The notes below the pieces were generated by a model that did no database searches, was not told the origin of the DNA, and worked only from the letters and a program-made list of their open reading frames with translations. A stretch of 64,000 nt of DNA from positions 13,635,469 to 13,699,468 of the forward strand of contig OZ316896.1 in NCBI GenBank assembly GCA_973895155.1. The letters are read 5' to 3'. The stretch is from Marsupella aquatica. Taxonomy: Eukaryota; Plantae; Marchantiophyta. This document shows, piece after piece, positions 50,251-61,952 of the stretch. The first letter of the stretch is position 1, and every line of letters begins with the position of its first letter. The translations under genes were made by a program, and so were the position numbers.

Positions 50251-50984
50251 AGGAGCCAGCGATGTCCGTCGTTTACAACTGGATTGACACACACAGAGGC
50301 TGTCCTTACCCCGACTATGTTGTCTGGACCGGACGGCATTCCAGCAATGCAAGGGAGTACATTCTCCCCTCTCTAAGTGCACACCATCTTCTTCATTTTG
50401 GTGGCGAAACTTCTCTCTGAAATTTTTTTGCTATATTTTTTACAAAAATTCGGTGCATTTTTTTGTCTTCCAATAGCCATTTTCCCTCCTAGCCACAGAT
50501 CTTTAAAGGTTATCCTTAAATCTAGGGAGATTTGAAAGTCATCTAGTAAATAGATTAAAAAAAAAATAGTCCTAGCATCTTCTCCTTAATTAAGCAAGTG
50601 ACAATCCTCACCCTGGCCAAAAAGAGAGAACCTTCAAAGTTGATGGTCACTCTCCTGGGAAGAAACATCGGGTGTGCACTTAACTAGGGTTGCACCACAT
50701 CATAAGACATAAGTGAACGAACTTGAGGATTTGCATTTATGGAGAAGATTGTACATCCCTAACCTAAACGTGATCTCCTACCTCATGAGTGTAACTTTTC
50801 CTCTATGTAAAACCAAATGCACATTAACAAGTGTAAGTCAAAGGAATTCTGCAAGGAAGTGTGCTCACTTTAAATTTATCATCAAGTGCAGCCAAATTTG
50901 CATGGCAGGCATCACCGCCCAGAGTGTGCTACCCCATCGTCAGCTTTGGCGAAGTATAGTTTCAGGAAATTGAGTTGGTGCTTA

Positions 50985-51180
50985 TCAATAATAAGTTGCT
51001 ACCCTAAACCCTAAATTCCTGGTCGCCAGTTCTTGACCCAGCTTGAAGGTCATCAAATTGTCCAGGGTGTCCCTGCCTTCTAGAAATCTGGTTTGCTGAG
51101 GATAGACTAAGTTCCCTGCCACCTTCATCATCCAATTCGCTAGAATTTTTGCAATTAGTTTCTCAGTAGTGGTAACCATG
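50985..51180 (-). mobile_element. LINE reverse transcriptase fragment
   Basis: EKLIAKILAN....AGNLVYPQQTRFLEGRDTLDNL matches the LINE RT consensus YK.IAK.LANRL......I...Q.GF..GR.I.DN. Confidence 0.75.
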
Positions 51181-51269
51181 GTCTGAAGGCTCTCTCTAAC
51201 CCTAAGGAGATATAATGGTCCAATATCTGTCTAGTAAGCTTGAATAGGGAATGTTCTTGGCAACTACTG

Positions 51270-51271
51270 TT

Positions 51272-51306
<35 letters not shown>
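51270..51306 (+). repeat. (GTA)n microsatellite
   Basis: About 11-12 uninterrupted gta units. Confidence 0.95.
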
Positions 51307-51307
<1 letters not shown>

Positions 51308-54300
51308 AGGTCGGTTGTGCTTGGGAAGCTCAGCACTTCTCAGCTGGACCCATTGTGGGTCAGATTGGACCCATCTCAGAGGACCTAGGGGTTGTGAAGG
51401 GGGGTATCTGGACCTACAATAATACTCCATAGAAATCTCACTGGGGTATGCACGAACTGGGAGGCAGGGTCTTTTTTAATGATCTGAAATGCAATCTTAA
51501 CCATTCAATTGTGAGACTAGGCCCGACTTCGCTTGGGGGCACAATCTTGCAAAGTCATGACTGATCGTGGTCACCTGCTAGTGGGTCCCCTTTTTTTTGC
51601 ACCTATCTAATTTCCAACTTCCAATAGCTCCATCACAAGTGAAAGGGCACAAGTGAAAGGCATGCTGAACACGTCACACTTTTAGAGATGATTTGTCATC
51701 TCTTTGGAAGTGCCGAATTCCTTCTACTGTAGAAACTAGGACAATTATGCCAGAAGAAACTGTTGTTTTGGACCTTTTGTCTTGGATGTAATGAACCCAT
51801 GGGAGATTACTTTTTTCAAGGGGTTGATGTGTCATCTCTTTGTTAGTACCGGCGGTTTCATGCAAAATGACCACAAGAAATGAGTAGAAAATTTTGGAAA
51901 TAGTATCGTCTTGGAAGGACCAACGACCAAAACAACAAAACAATAAAATAAAATAAAAATGAACCATTTGTGAAGGTCCTGGAACTGAAGTAGAATGAAT
52001 AATTGTGTGTAGCTTGTGGCCAGATTTTTCGTTTTGTTTTTGCTTTTTGGCCTGACTGAATATGGTGGTTGTTCTGCAGTTAGAGTCGTTACAACTTTTG
52101 CTGGGGTGGAGATTTTCCAAGCAAGGTATACCTGGCAGTCGGGTATGCCCCCAAGCAAGGTATACCTGGCAGTCAGGTATCCCTTGCTGGCTAGCCCCAG
52201 ACCTTGACAACTCATCAAGTAGGAAATGGGGCCAATGAGGCCTAAATAGTAAAGAACAGCCAAAAGAGGGACAACATACTTCCAACTGGCAAGAAGCAAA
52301 GGGTCCAAAGGGTTATGCAGGGACTTGAGATATGAAGAGAGAAGAAAGGAATTGACAAGCCAAAGGGACGTCAATACCAATCATCAATGATAGGTAACCT
52401 TGCCCCGTGAAGGAACAGAAAAAATGAAAAAATAAATGTCCACTCTAAATGGAAGTGTTAAAAGTAGGAATACAAGAAAGTATCAACAACACAGAGCTAC
52501 AAGACTTTGGGGTCTCGGTTTTGTAGCATCTGTTTGGGTTATAAATTGTGCCATTCACTTTCCTAAGCACAGAAAAGAATGTTGTTGATGTTGTTGTTGG
52601 TAGAATTTAGGCAAACAGATCCCTGAAACTTCATAATTGTGTTTTTTCTGGGCTACTGGGTGACATTGAGCAAGAACCCGTATCAGGGCACAATTGCAAC
52701 GTTTTAGGAGCCATGGGTGGCAGGTTGCATCACATTTATCATAGCTAGGCTAAAAATGATTACTTTTCACTATCTTACTGTATTTGAGTTGGGCAGAAAA
52801 AAGCAGAATTTTTTGCAGGATTTTTTACCAACAAAAGCTGGAAAAAAGGATCAATCCGAAAGTGGATATTATATATTCCATTTTCATTTACCTGGATTTG
52901 TGCAGCTGAAAAGGAGCAAAGGTGGTAATTACTTGAATCATGAGAATATTCCCAATTTATGGTCTATAATGCTTAAATTTCAGCCTACAATAGAGATATC
53001 TGTAAAGTCCTCTAACCATGGTCCATTTGTGCATGGTTGAGGCTGATTTTAGTTGAGTTGCACAAACGTAACCCTAGTTTACCAACCGAAGCAAAACAAG
53101 CATTCCCCGAACCTAATCGTAGACGCAAAGATTTCGAGTACAAATATCGTGCATTAAAAAATTCTCGTCTCTCTTTGAGCCCCGTTCCCTCGGACCTCCG
53201 TTCCCTTGGACCTCCGTTCCCTCGGACAAGCACCCGTTCCCCTTTGACGAGTCTGTTGCAACTCGTCAAGCTCGTAAACTAGGCCAACTCATCATTGCAA
53301 GCAAAGCGCAGTTTCATGAATTTCGATTATGGCGGGGAAGGCGCTGAGGTCGCGTTGCATCTTGCCATCTGTGCAGGAATCCAAGAAGGCAGATCATGCT
53401 CCATCAGAGGTGTGCCCAAAGAGTAAGTCGGGGAGAGCTCGCCTGCATCAGCAAACGCGCAATGTTGAGGTGTTGGTTGGACAAGCAGTGGGAGGAAGTG
53501 CGCTAGGAACTATTCGAGCTAAAGCAGTAGGGCAGGAGCGAGTTGAGGTTCATTCTGGGTCTACACAACTGAATGTTGGGCACGAGCGGAAGTGGCCATT
53601 GGAAAGGTGCACACTGCAACGAGGTGAGCAGTCCTCTGTTGTCAAGATGTATCGACATTTGTCTGTCCTTGAGCTCCTTATTCAATTGTTTGTTTCAAAT
53701 CCATAGGCTACCGATTACAGATAGTTTCAGTACGTTAGGAACACGGCTACATGGCATGGACAGCAGTCAATTGCAGAGTGGAATTCGCACAAGTCGAGTC
53801 ACTCGCTTCATGAAGTCAACCTGATTTCATAAATTTTCTTGTAAATCTTGTCTTTCCTCTCACACTATCACACCCATGACATAAAGAAGGGTAATGCCTA
53901 CAGCTTACTGAGAGAAGCGCCACAAGAACAATTGATGCCTGCACTCAGGAGAGATCAATATGGGCGAACAAATTTCATACGCCCATTTCTATGAACCACT
54001 CCTGCCAAAACTGATGAACTGTCGGCATGCTGCCTGATTTAGAAAAGTCCGAATGCCACTCACTCACATTCCACTTATTTCTGACTCGCACAAAACCCTT
54101 GCCGGCATGCCCCTTCAAGGGGACTAGAGGCGCTTGTTTGTCTCATGCAATCTTGCTGCTTTATGAAAAACAAATTCTTCTACCTTTCAACTTAGTTCCT
54201 CAGTAAGGGTCGTGCTTGTGCCGACCATCTCGTCCTTCAATCTTCCAATGTCTTGGACGAGTTTAGAATCATCAGCCGCTCTCATTCTCACTGCCTCTTC

Positions 54301-54625
54301 CTTTTCACCCTTCAACTTCACAAATTCTGCGAGAACATAGAGCAATCTGCAGTACTTGGTTTCAGTGCTTTTTCTTTTTGATTCGCACTCATTCTTCAAC
54401 TTTAAAATCTGCGTGAATGTGAGGCGGTTATGAAATGCGAGGATTTCTTCCTCTCCACAACTAGCTTGGGTTGGGTCCAAACAGTTCACAGTTTGTCCGT
54501 GGGCAAGGTTGGCAGGTCCACTGTTCCACTAATACCCTTGAGTAAGAGTAGGTGCTACATGATTGATAATTGAGCTTTGGGGCTTGGTTTGATGCTGTTT
54601 TTTTTAATTTGCAGGAGACGAAGCA

Positions 54626-55201
54626 ATGAAGGGCCTTCACACTCGAAATCAAGTGCAAGTGCCTGTTCCACTCAGTTCTAGCAGCAGGTCGACTAATTCA
54701 GGCACAAGTGAGGAATCTGAAGATGAAGTTCAGGTTCGATTACCAAGTGACCAGGACAGGGATAGCATGGATGAGGGGGAGCATACAAAGTCAAAGGGCA
54801 AGAAAAAGGGTACAAACAAGAAAACAGAGGAACAGTCAGTGGACCAGGGTGCAAGACTAGTTGTAGACAATGATCATGTTGCTACACTGGTTCGGGAATA
54901 CAGGAAACATTTTATGGATTTTAGCAAGGGTAGGAAGAAGAAGCCCAAGCAATTGATTCCAAACAAGGTGTGGACGAAGGTTTACAACAACTACAAGAAA
55001 CAATTCCCTAGGTCTGCATTTAGACCAGAGAGCCTCAAGATTCATCTACGAGAGGCATTGACTGAAATGCAATCCGGAGTCAATAATCCAGAGGTTGATA
55101 ACCAAGAGGGCGCTGAACTCCAAGACTTCAGGATGCGTGTATCTCTGTTGTCAAAAATGCCACCAGATTTACGAAGAGGATGCCCCGAAGAGAGAATATA
55201 G
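54626..55201 (+). CDS. Probable Myb/SANT-like DNA-binding ORF of a PIF/Harbinger element (possibly partial)
   Basis: An acidic and K-rich stretch is followed by the helical segment TLVREYRKHF...NKVWTKVYNNYKKQFP.....ESLKIHLREAL. It is convergent with a Harbinger transposase, as expected for the two-gene PIF/Harbinger layout. Confidence 0.55.
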   Translation: MKGLHTRNQVQVPVPLSSSSRSTNSGTSEESEDEVQVRLPSDQDRDSMDEGEHTKSKGKKKGTNKKTEEQSVDQGARLVVDNDHVATLVREYRKHFMDFSKGRKKKPKQLIPNKVWTKVYNNYKKQFPRSAFRPESLKIHLREALTEMQSGVNNPEVDNQEGAELQDFRMRVSLLSKMPPDLRRGCPEERI

Positions 55202-55863
55202 CAGTCGAGAGAATTGTCTGCATTGGAAAGCTTCACCCTCAATCATAGAATAAATGACAACAATGTCATCACGATGACTAACGCAGGATGCATGCAGTAA
55301 GCTTATTTTAGACGCAAAACTTGATGATCCACCTGCCATTTTTATTAATATTTTAGTACTGTGAGAAGCACACTTGAGCATTATAATATGTGGCGCATGA
55401 TCCAACTTAGGTTAACAACTGGTCCACAACAAAGAAATGTTTTATTGAGTCCTGAGGTGCTGCTCTTATTAGGGATTAGGAATTCATGGTCGATCTAGAC
55501 ACAATGTCCTTAGAGGAAAGAGCACACTCAAGAGGCCCACAAACCAGTAGAGTTCAACGTACGTACTGAAAGCTCGAGAAACCAGACTGAGGACAAGACA
55601 AAGCAAATCACAGAAATACAACCAAGCGCAAGCAATAGACAAGAGGAGAGAACCATATTTATTACAAGACAGGTACAAACCCTCTACTGGGACACAATAC
55701 CGAACAAATTTTGTTTGCTCAGTTAGAATATACCGATCAAAATTAGTACACCACACATGCTGTCTCTCTATCTATTGCTTCTAGATCTTCTCTAGTCAAC
55801 TACTCCATGTGCTACTTATGGCACAGAAATGCATAACATTCCATACTATACTCAAGTTGAGAC

Positions 55864-56340
55864 TTAATAGTCCCATGCCCAGCCTCTCTCTCTCGCATGG
55901 CCCCTAGGGCCTACCACCTGTTCATCCATATTGTGTCTGCGTCTCTGAATGAAATTGGTAAGGAGGGTAGCAGAAGTGAACATAACTTTGAATCTGGGCC
56001 TTCTAAGGTCCCACCGTTTCTGCAAACGATGCCATTTCATCTTCAATCCACCGATTCCCCACTCCACTTGTACTCTGTACCCTGCATGCATCTTATTAAA
56101 TGATCTGACTGCTCCACGAGGGAGCCGCATAGTGCAAATTTTGGTTTTGCTGTAGCCTTTCAAAATGTAGTGCTCCATTCCCTTGTAACCTGAGTCACCC
56201 ATAAGAAACTCACAATATTCTCCAGTGTTCACGAATAAATTCCGGAAGTTTGCCTCAACCCAGGAATTCTGTAGAATGGTGCAGTCATGAAATGATCCTG
56301 GATATCCTGGATCTATGAAAATGAACGTCGAACACCTCAA
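55864..56340 (-). pseudogene. PIF/Harbinger DDE transposase (DDE_Tnp_4/HARBI1-like), N-terminally truncated
   Basis: FIFIDPGYPGSFHDCTIL...FLMGDSGYKG...FNKMHAGYRVQVEWGIGGLKMKW. The first catalytic Asp motif (G.IDGT) is not found upstream. Confidence 0.88.
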
Positions 56341-58324
56341 AGTCTTGAATGTCAATCGACATATCTGCACACCAGAGAGGAACTTTTGGGACACAAAATG
56401 AGTTCGTGAGCTGAAACCGGGGCTGAAGCAGGATGCAGAAGTCACAAATAATTCACTAACAGAAAGAAAGAGAAACAGAGTAGACTAAGCATGATTCAGC
56501 AAACTAAATAAGAGGTGAACTAAATAAGAGGTACAAATAATTCACAGTTTTTCTAAAGAGCAGAAACACAGACTTCCTTTGATTCATCAAACCTGAGAAG
56601 GGATCACACAAGATAAATTGTTTCTAAAAAGCAAACAAGACTTCGATTAAAAATGGCCTGGAAAATTTGATCATGAAGACATGGTCATATGCTTCCGTCT
56701 AGAATGGCTTTGCAAACCCAGCATGATGAAGAGGTCACAAATGATTCAAAATACAAACCTGGCAACGACTCCAGCGATAATAGCCCTGAAATGAATATGA
56801 TCGCTCCCAGAATGGTAGCCTTCTTTTACTGAGAAGCAGCCCCTGCTTCACCTACGCCTGACACTTGAGAGGAAAAAATTGTCGGCATAGCTACAATATG
56901 GAGGCAGGTCAATGAGCACAGACGATTGCTCTTACAAGAAGCATGTTGACACAATACAGGAGACAAATGAAATTAAACATATTTTCAAGGGCTATGAATG
57001 AAAGCTCGTTCAGGAGGAAAAGAGGGCACAACACGTACGTTGATGCCATCTCTGGCTTGTTGGCTGCAACAAAAGGTGCAAAGGTGCGAAGATTGCGCGT
57101 GCCTCATTAGAGGCCCGTCTTGCTCTGCCTTCCGCTTCGTGACAAACATTTTTGACACATCCTCCACTCCACAGCCTTATACACAAGCGCCTCAGCAGTA
57201 TCGTGCATTGAAATTTTGTCCTTTGCAGCTTCAGGAAAAAGAATCTGAGAAGTTGCTTGCCAGCAAGAGCTATGGCGAAGGCCGACAAGTTGACCGGACT
57301 GCCGGTGCGACCATCAATCAAGTCAGTCAAATCACAATCGATGAAGAACTCACAATTTGTGCAAAACATAGTGCGAGCAACTCAAGACCAGCCCACCAAA
57401 CTAAACGCATGTTCTCGCTATGACTTGAGCACATCTTCGACAGTGTTGGCAGGCGGCAGCGTTAGTACCCCCGAGATCATTTCCTTCTCCTCTGTCCCTT
57501 AATCCTATCAGGGGTTAACGCAACCTTAAAGTTAACATAGGGCTGTGATATGATGACACATGTATCTTTACATTTGACTCTAGTACAGTTCTACTTAAAC
57601 TTGGCCAAGTTGCAAAAGGTGGATGACTTTATGGATATCTGGACCTCGACCATGGTTTATACTTAACCATCCTTCAAACATGGTTTACTTTAAAGTTATC
57701 TCTAATGACTAAAAATTAAAGCAGAAGAGCCTATCCAAGAACTTTTCGCTAAATTTTTCTGCCTAGGATTACTCATCCTCAACAAATCTGAAAATAATCC
57801 AAATCCATATTGGTATTCAAATACTTTGACACTGCTATATGCTCTATGGCCAATCTACCTGTTGAGTTTTGTCTCACTAAGAGTTTTTGTCATATCTTTT
57901 TATTTCAATATTTTAGAAATATCCATGACAAGGTGCATCATTTGAATAGTTACTTTATATTTTAAAATTATTTTGTCACCCCTCTAAATGTTTTTTTATT
58001 CTGCTATGCCAGACTCTCCTTCCCCACTACATTTTGTTTTCAATACTAACAGTGCACCACCCCCTAGCAAATTTGAAAGAATTTATGCCAATTCTAGTGA
58101 ATGAGAAAGAGAGAATTGATACTTTTAGATGTGGACACCTCCTACTTCAAATACTCCTCATATATTTATTTGCTAAGCTTATGGTTTTTATTGTCATTAC
58201 CTTAGGCAAGGGATGATATTCTGCACCTGTGCACAATGTTTGATTGATTTGAGTGTCATTAAGGCAAGTGAGAATGTGTACCTTATGTCCCGAATTACGT
58301 GCACAACTTTTCAAGACTTGTGAC

Positions 58325-58660
58325 TGCGCATCCTGGGGTCCTCACTTCTTTTATTCCGGTCCATCACGTGCGAAGAAGTTAGGGTTTTTTTAATCCAATT
58401 GCGCGGAAGACTTGAAATATTTTGTTGAAGAAATATATGGATGCTTTAATTTAATTTTGAGAATTATAAGAACTATAGGGTTTTTTAATACCAAATTTGA
58501 GAATATTCCAATATTCCTAGAATATTCAAGTTAGGGTGTTTAGAAATCTACTTAGTTTATTTCCTTAAGTTTTAGGGTGTCTATTACTTGAAAACTTTGT
58601 GAGTGCTATGGAACTCCCTTGGAATGAGACCCCCAAGCCACGCGTTAAATAGGGCCTGAG
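58325..58660. mobile_element. Second, inverted copy of the MITE-like repeat at 14585-14900
   Basis: Begins ggggtcctcacttctttt and shares internal blocks with the reverse complement of 14585-14900. Confidence 0.7.
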
Positions 58661-61600
58661 TTAATGCTCCCCCATTTTGCTGGGGTCCTGTATATTGCTT
58701 GTCTGCATCCCCAATGCTGCTGCTCGCTCCGGACTGAGTTTACCAAAACATAAACCAAGACTCTCCCATTTTGTCACGTGCCCTGGCCTGATCAACTTTG
58801 TGTCATCAACTTTGGGTTTATGGCACCCTTCACTTTTTGTTGCCTGCTCCGACCCAATCAACTTTGTGTCATCGACTTCTCTCTTGTGGAGTCATGGTTT
58901 ATGTTCTGGCAACACTTCTTTCTAATGGAGTCATGCTTGCTTTGTAACAGAGTCTAGGTGTTCAAAGGGAGCCTAGTATCTTGGTTAATAAAGGGTCATG
59001 ATTGATAGTCTTGGTTTATGCTCTGCCAAATGCTTCTTGGACCTCACCTTTCATGAATGAAAAAGGACCCCTTTGCTTCTTCACCAGCCTCACCTTTCAT
59101 GAATGGGATAGGACCACTTTCACCATTTTTTCCTATGAAATTGAATCCCCACGTTTAGTAAGAGAGATTCTTTGTATGGTTGGGACAATCTTCCAGCAAT
59201 CTCTTAGAAGACACCAATGAAGAGACTATTCCCAGGTCCGCACAGAGGAAGAGTATGACTGCTAGGATGGCATAAAGCTCCACCCAACACCAAAGGCAAG
59301 GGAAAGGTGACTGGCAGGGAAAGAGTGTGAAGATAGTGGGTTGCATGTAATAATGTACTCCAGAAGGGACTGTACATGAGAAAGTGATGGAGAAAGATGT
59401 CTGGGTCGAAGGTGACAACTGAGAACGACCGATCTTTGATGGAGGGCATGAATAAAATAGTGCTTTCAATCTTGGATGGAAAGTCAATGCAAGCCCAGAG
59501 AAACAACCTTGGAGCTGAGAGTGACATGTTTTATGGCACTCAGCTGTAGCAAGCTGCTATTGGAGATTGTCAATTCCTTTTCGTTATTTTTGGGCCACCT
59601 TCAAAGTAGCTCATACTGAGAGGCTAAGAAATTGAGGAGCTAACAAATCATTTAGGAAAGGAAGACCAAGAGAAAAGGGGTGAGGCTTTGTGTGCCTTTT
59701 TTTTGTTTCCAAGAATGGGGCGGGAAACCCCACAGGGAAACCCCCTCAAGGGCAAACTGACTGTGGCAGGGAAAACCCTCAGATGTACTCCAAGAGTAAG
59801 AGGCTCCTACAACACAGGGTCCCGGCGGCAAAGCCATGCCAGGGACCCAGAAGGTAACCCAGGTGGCACTAAGCTGTGACCTGTAGTAATCTACTCAGGT
59901 TCCTCAGACACTTCTTATGTGTTGATTTCCATTCACAACTTACCACTCGGTGACACTTGAGACCCATTCTTGCAATGGGGGACTAAACCTACTGTGGATT
60001 CTCACCACCCACCAGGACAGGGGGGGGTGTCCAGGTGGAGTTCAAAAGAACCACTACAGCTATCTTGAATGTTCCACTCTGCTGGTAAGTGGTGCGGCCG
60101 AGGTGGGAGTCCACCCCCACAAGTCAGCTTAATTGTCCAGCTCAAGTCAGGGTGAAGAGCCCAGGGTAGAAGTTAGGTGCTTTAAGCTGTGGGAGTCTCT
60201 TCCCACAATCCTGGCATCCTGACTGACTTTGCCAGGGCTGAGTACATTCTCCCAAGTCTCCATCCCCTCTATTGTGGCTATGTTGTGCAGTGTCACAAGT
60301 CCTTGAGGTCGTGGGGGAAATGGTTGTTGCTTTTAATATAGACGCAATTTTGTTTGAAGATTTTGCAGCTTATTCATACAATTGGTATTCATAGCAAGGC
60401 AAACCCCCAGACTATTTGAGGACCTGTTTGATGACCCTAACAAGGGATTCCACAAGTTCGTCCAGGCTGGAGTGGGACAGATCCTTTCTGACCTATCAGC
60501 AATCTATAGCACTTACACAGCAATTGGCAATTATCAATGACAGCTTTCTAGAGGGATGCATTATCAAAAGCAGTTCATGCTAGAATTGGCACAGCTCTGG
60601 GGCTCAAGGGTCTTCATTTAAGTAATGTTTGGATTCTGAAGTTAGTGGTGAAGGTTCTTCTCCTGGATTTTCAAAACAAAGGTTACCTTTCCCAATACAT
60701 TGATTTCCATACATGATCTAGGTGAGCTACAGAAGAAAGGCTTCTTGAGTCCTCAGTCTTTAGTTCAATATTGCAAGAAGCGGAGGGTTACTTCGCTCAT
60801 ATTTCTAGAGGAGAAAACAGCTAGTGGACGGCCAACTATTCCCAAAGACCTTGGTTGCCGTGACATCACACATAGATTTGTTTTATCCCAAGACAGTTAA
60901 CTCACCTACAGTACGTGTGTTTTCGTAGAAAATTAAACCCAACTTGTCCAACCTGTGACAACGTTTTTATAAGTAAGATCAAAGATTGATGACCAAGGAG
61001 ATAGGAGGGGAAGAAAATGGCTTATCACCTTGCGAATCTTGAGGAGCATCAAGTGCTCACATTTGTTTATGACTCTTCTGGTTTTCCATCCAGGATCCAT
61101 AACTGAAAATATAAGGTTTTCGCAATGGAGCTCATATTAGCTGGAGACAGGTCAGCCGGGTTAGTTTAATGGATTCTAAGAATTACATCCATCGTGTTGA
61201 CAAATTGCCCAACAATACATAGAACCTGTTCACTACTCACTCTCTGCAGCTGAAGTGGCTGCCAAATGATTCAACCAAAAGTTTTGAAAGCACCACCTTC
61301 TGTAGTATCAGTACATACCTGGTAATACAACGGGATTCCAACGGTTGACCTCTAGTGTCGCTTGTTACACTTCTGCCTAACAACGCATGCGAATTAAAGC
61401 TGCTCCGTAGACCTCATGTACCATTTTCTGTAGTGCGGATCATCCCAGCTTCCCAAAATCCATAAACCTGTCTTATCAGTAGACTGGCAGGGTTTGGATT
61501 AGCCTGGGTTAAAGAAATATGTAGGCAACCAAGTTTGCAATTCCATCAGCAGAGACTAGTATCCCACTACATCAGGACAGTGGTAACAAACATTCACATC

Positions 61601-61952
61601 TACACGTCACTACACTTGCAACCTCAGCTTTGAACTGTGCAATTTCTCTCCAGAAAAATAGAGTCCACTTTCCACGGCCTACCCACCCACAAGGTAGATC
61701 GAAGTCAACTGCATTACCATAAGAAAGATTGAAGCCAAATCAAAATCAGACCAAAAAAACACATTACATTGCATTATATTAGCAGCAAGGTGGGGGCTGT
61801 TTCTTCGCTTACTATTTAAAGAATCGAAGACCTTAAACCGTGGGATTGTGCCCATCACGAAATAGCACAAAAGATAGATACGGAGACCTTAAAAGAATGT
61901 TTCAAATTGATTTCACAGCCTACATCAAAACAATTTTTTGTATAATAGCCTT

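Noticed and set aside
49115-50420. Many overlapping ORFs up to 205 aa
   Set aside because: A GC-rich tandem array is poor in stop codons; no protein motif.
51674-52380. 203-aa and 182-aa overlapping minus-strand ORFs
   Set aside because: No recognisable motif, they cross a local duplication and a low-complexity tract, and they lie among transposon debris.
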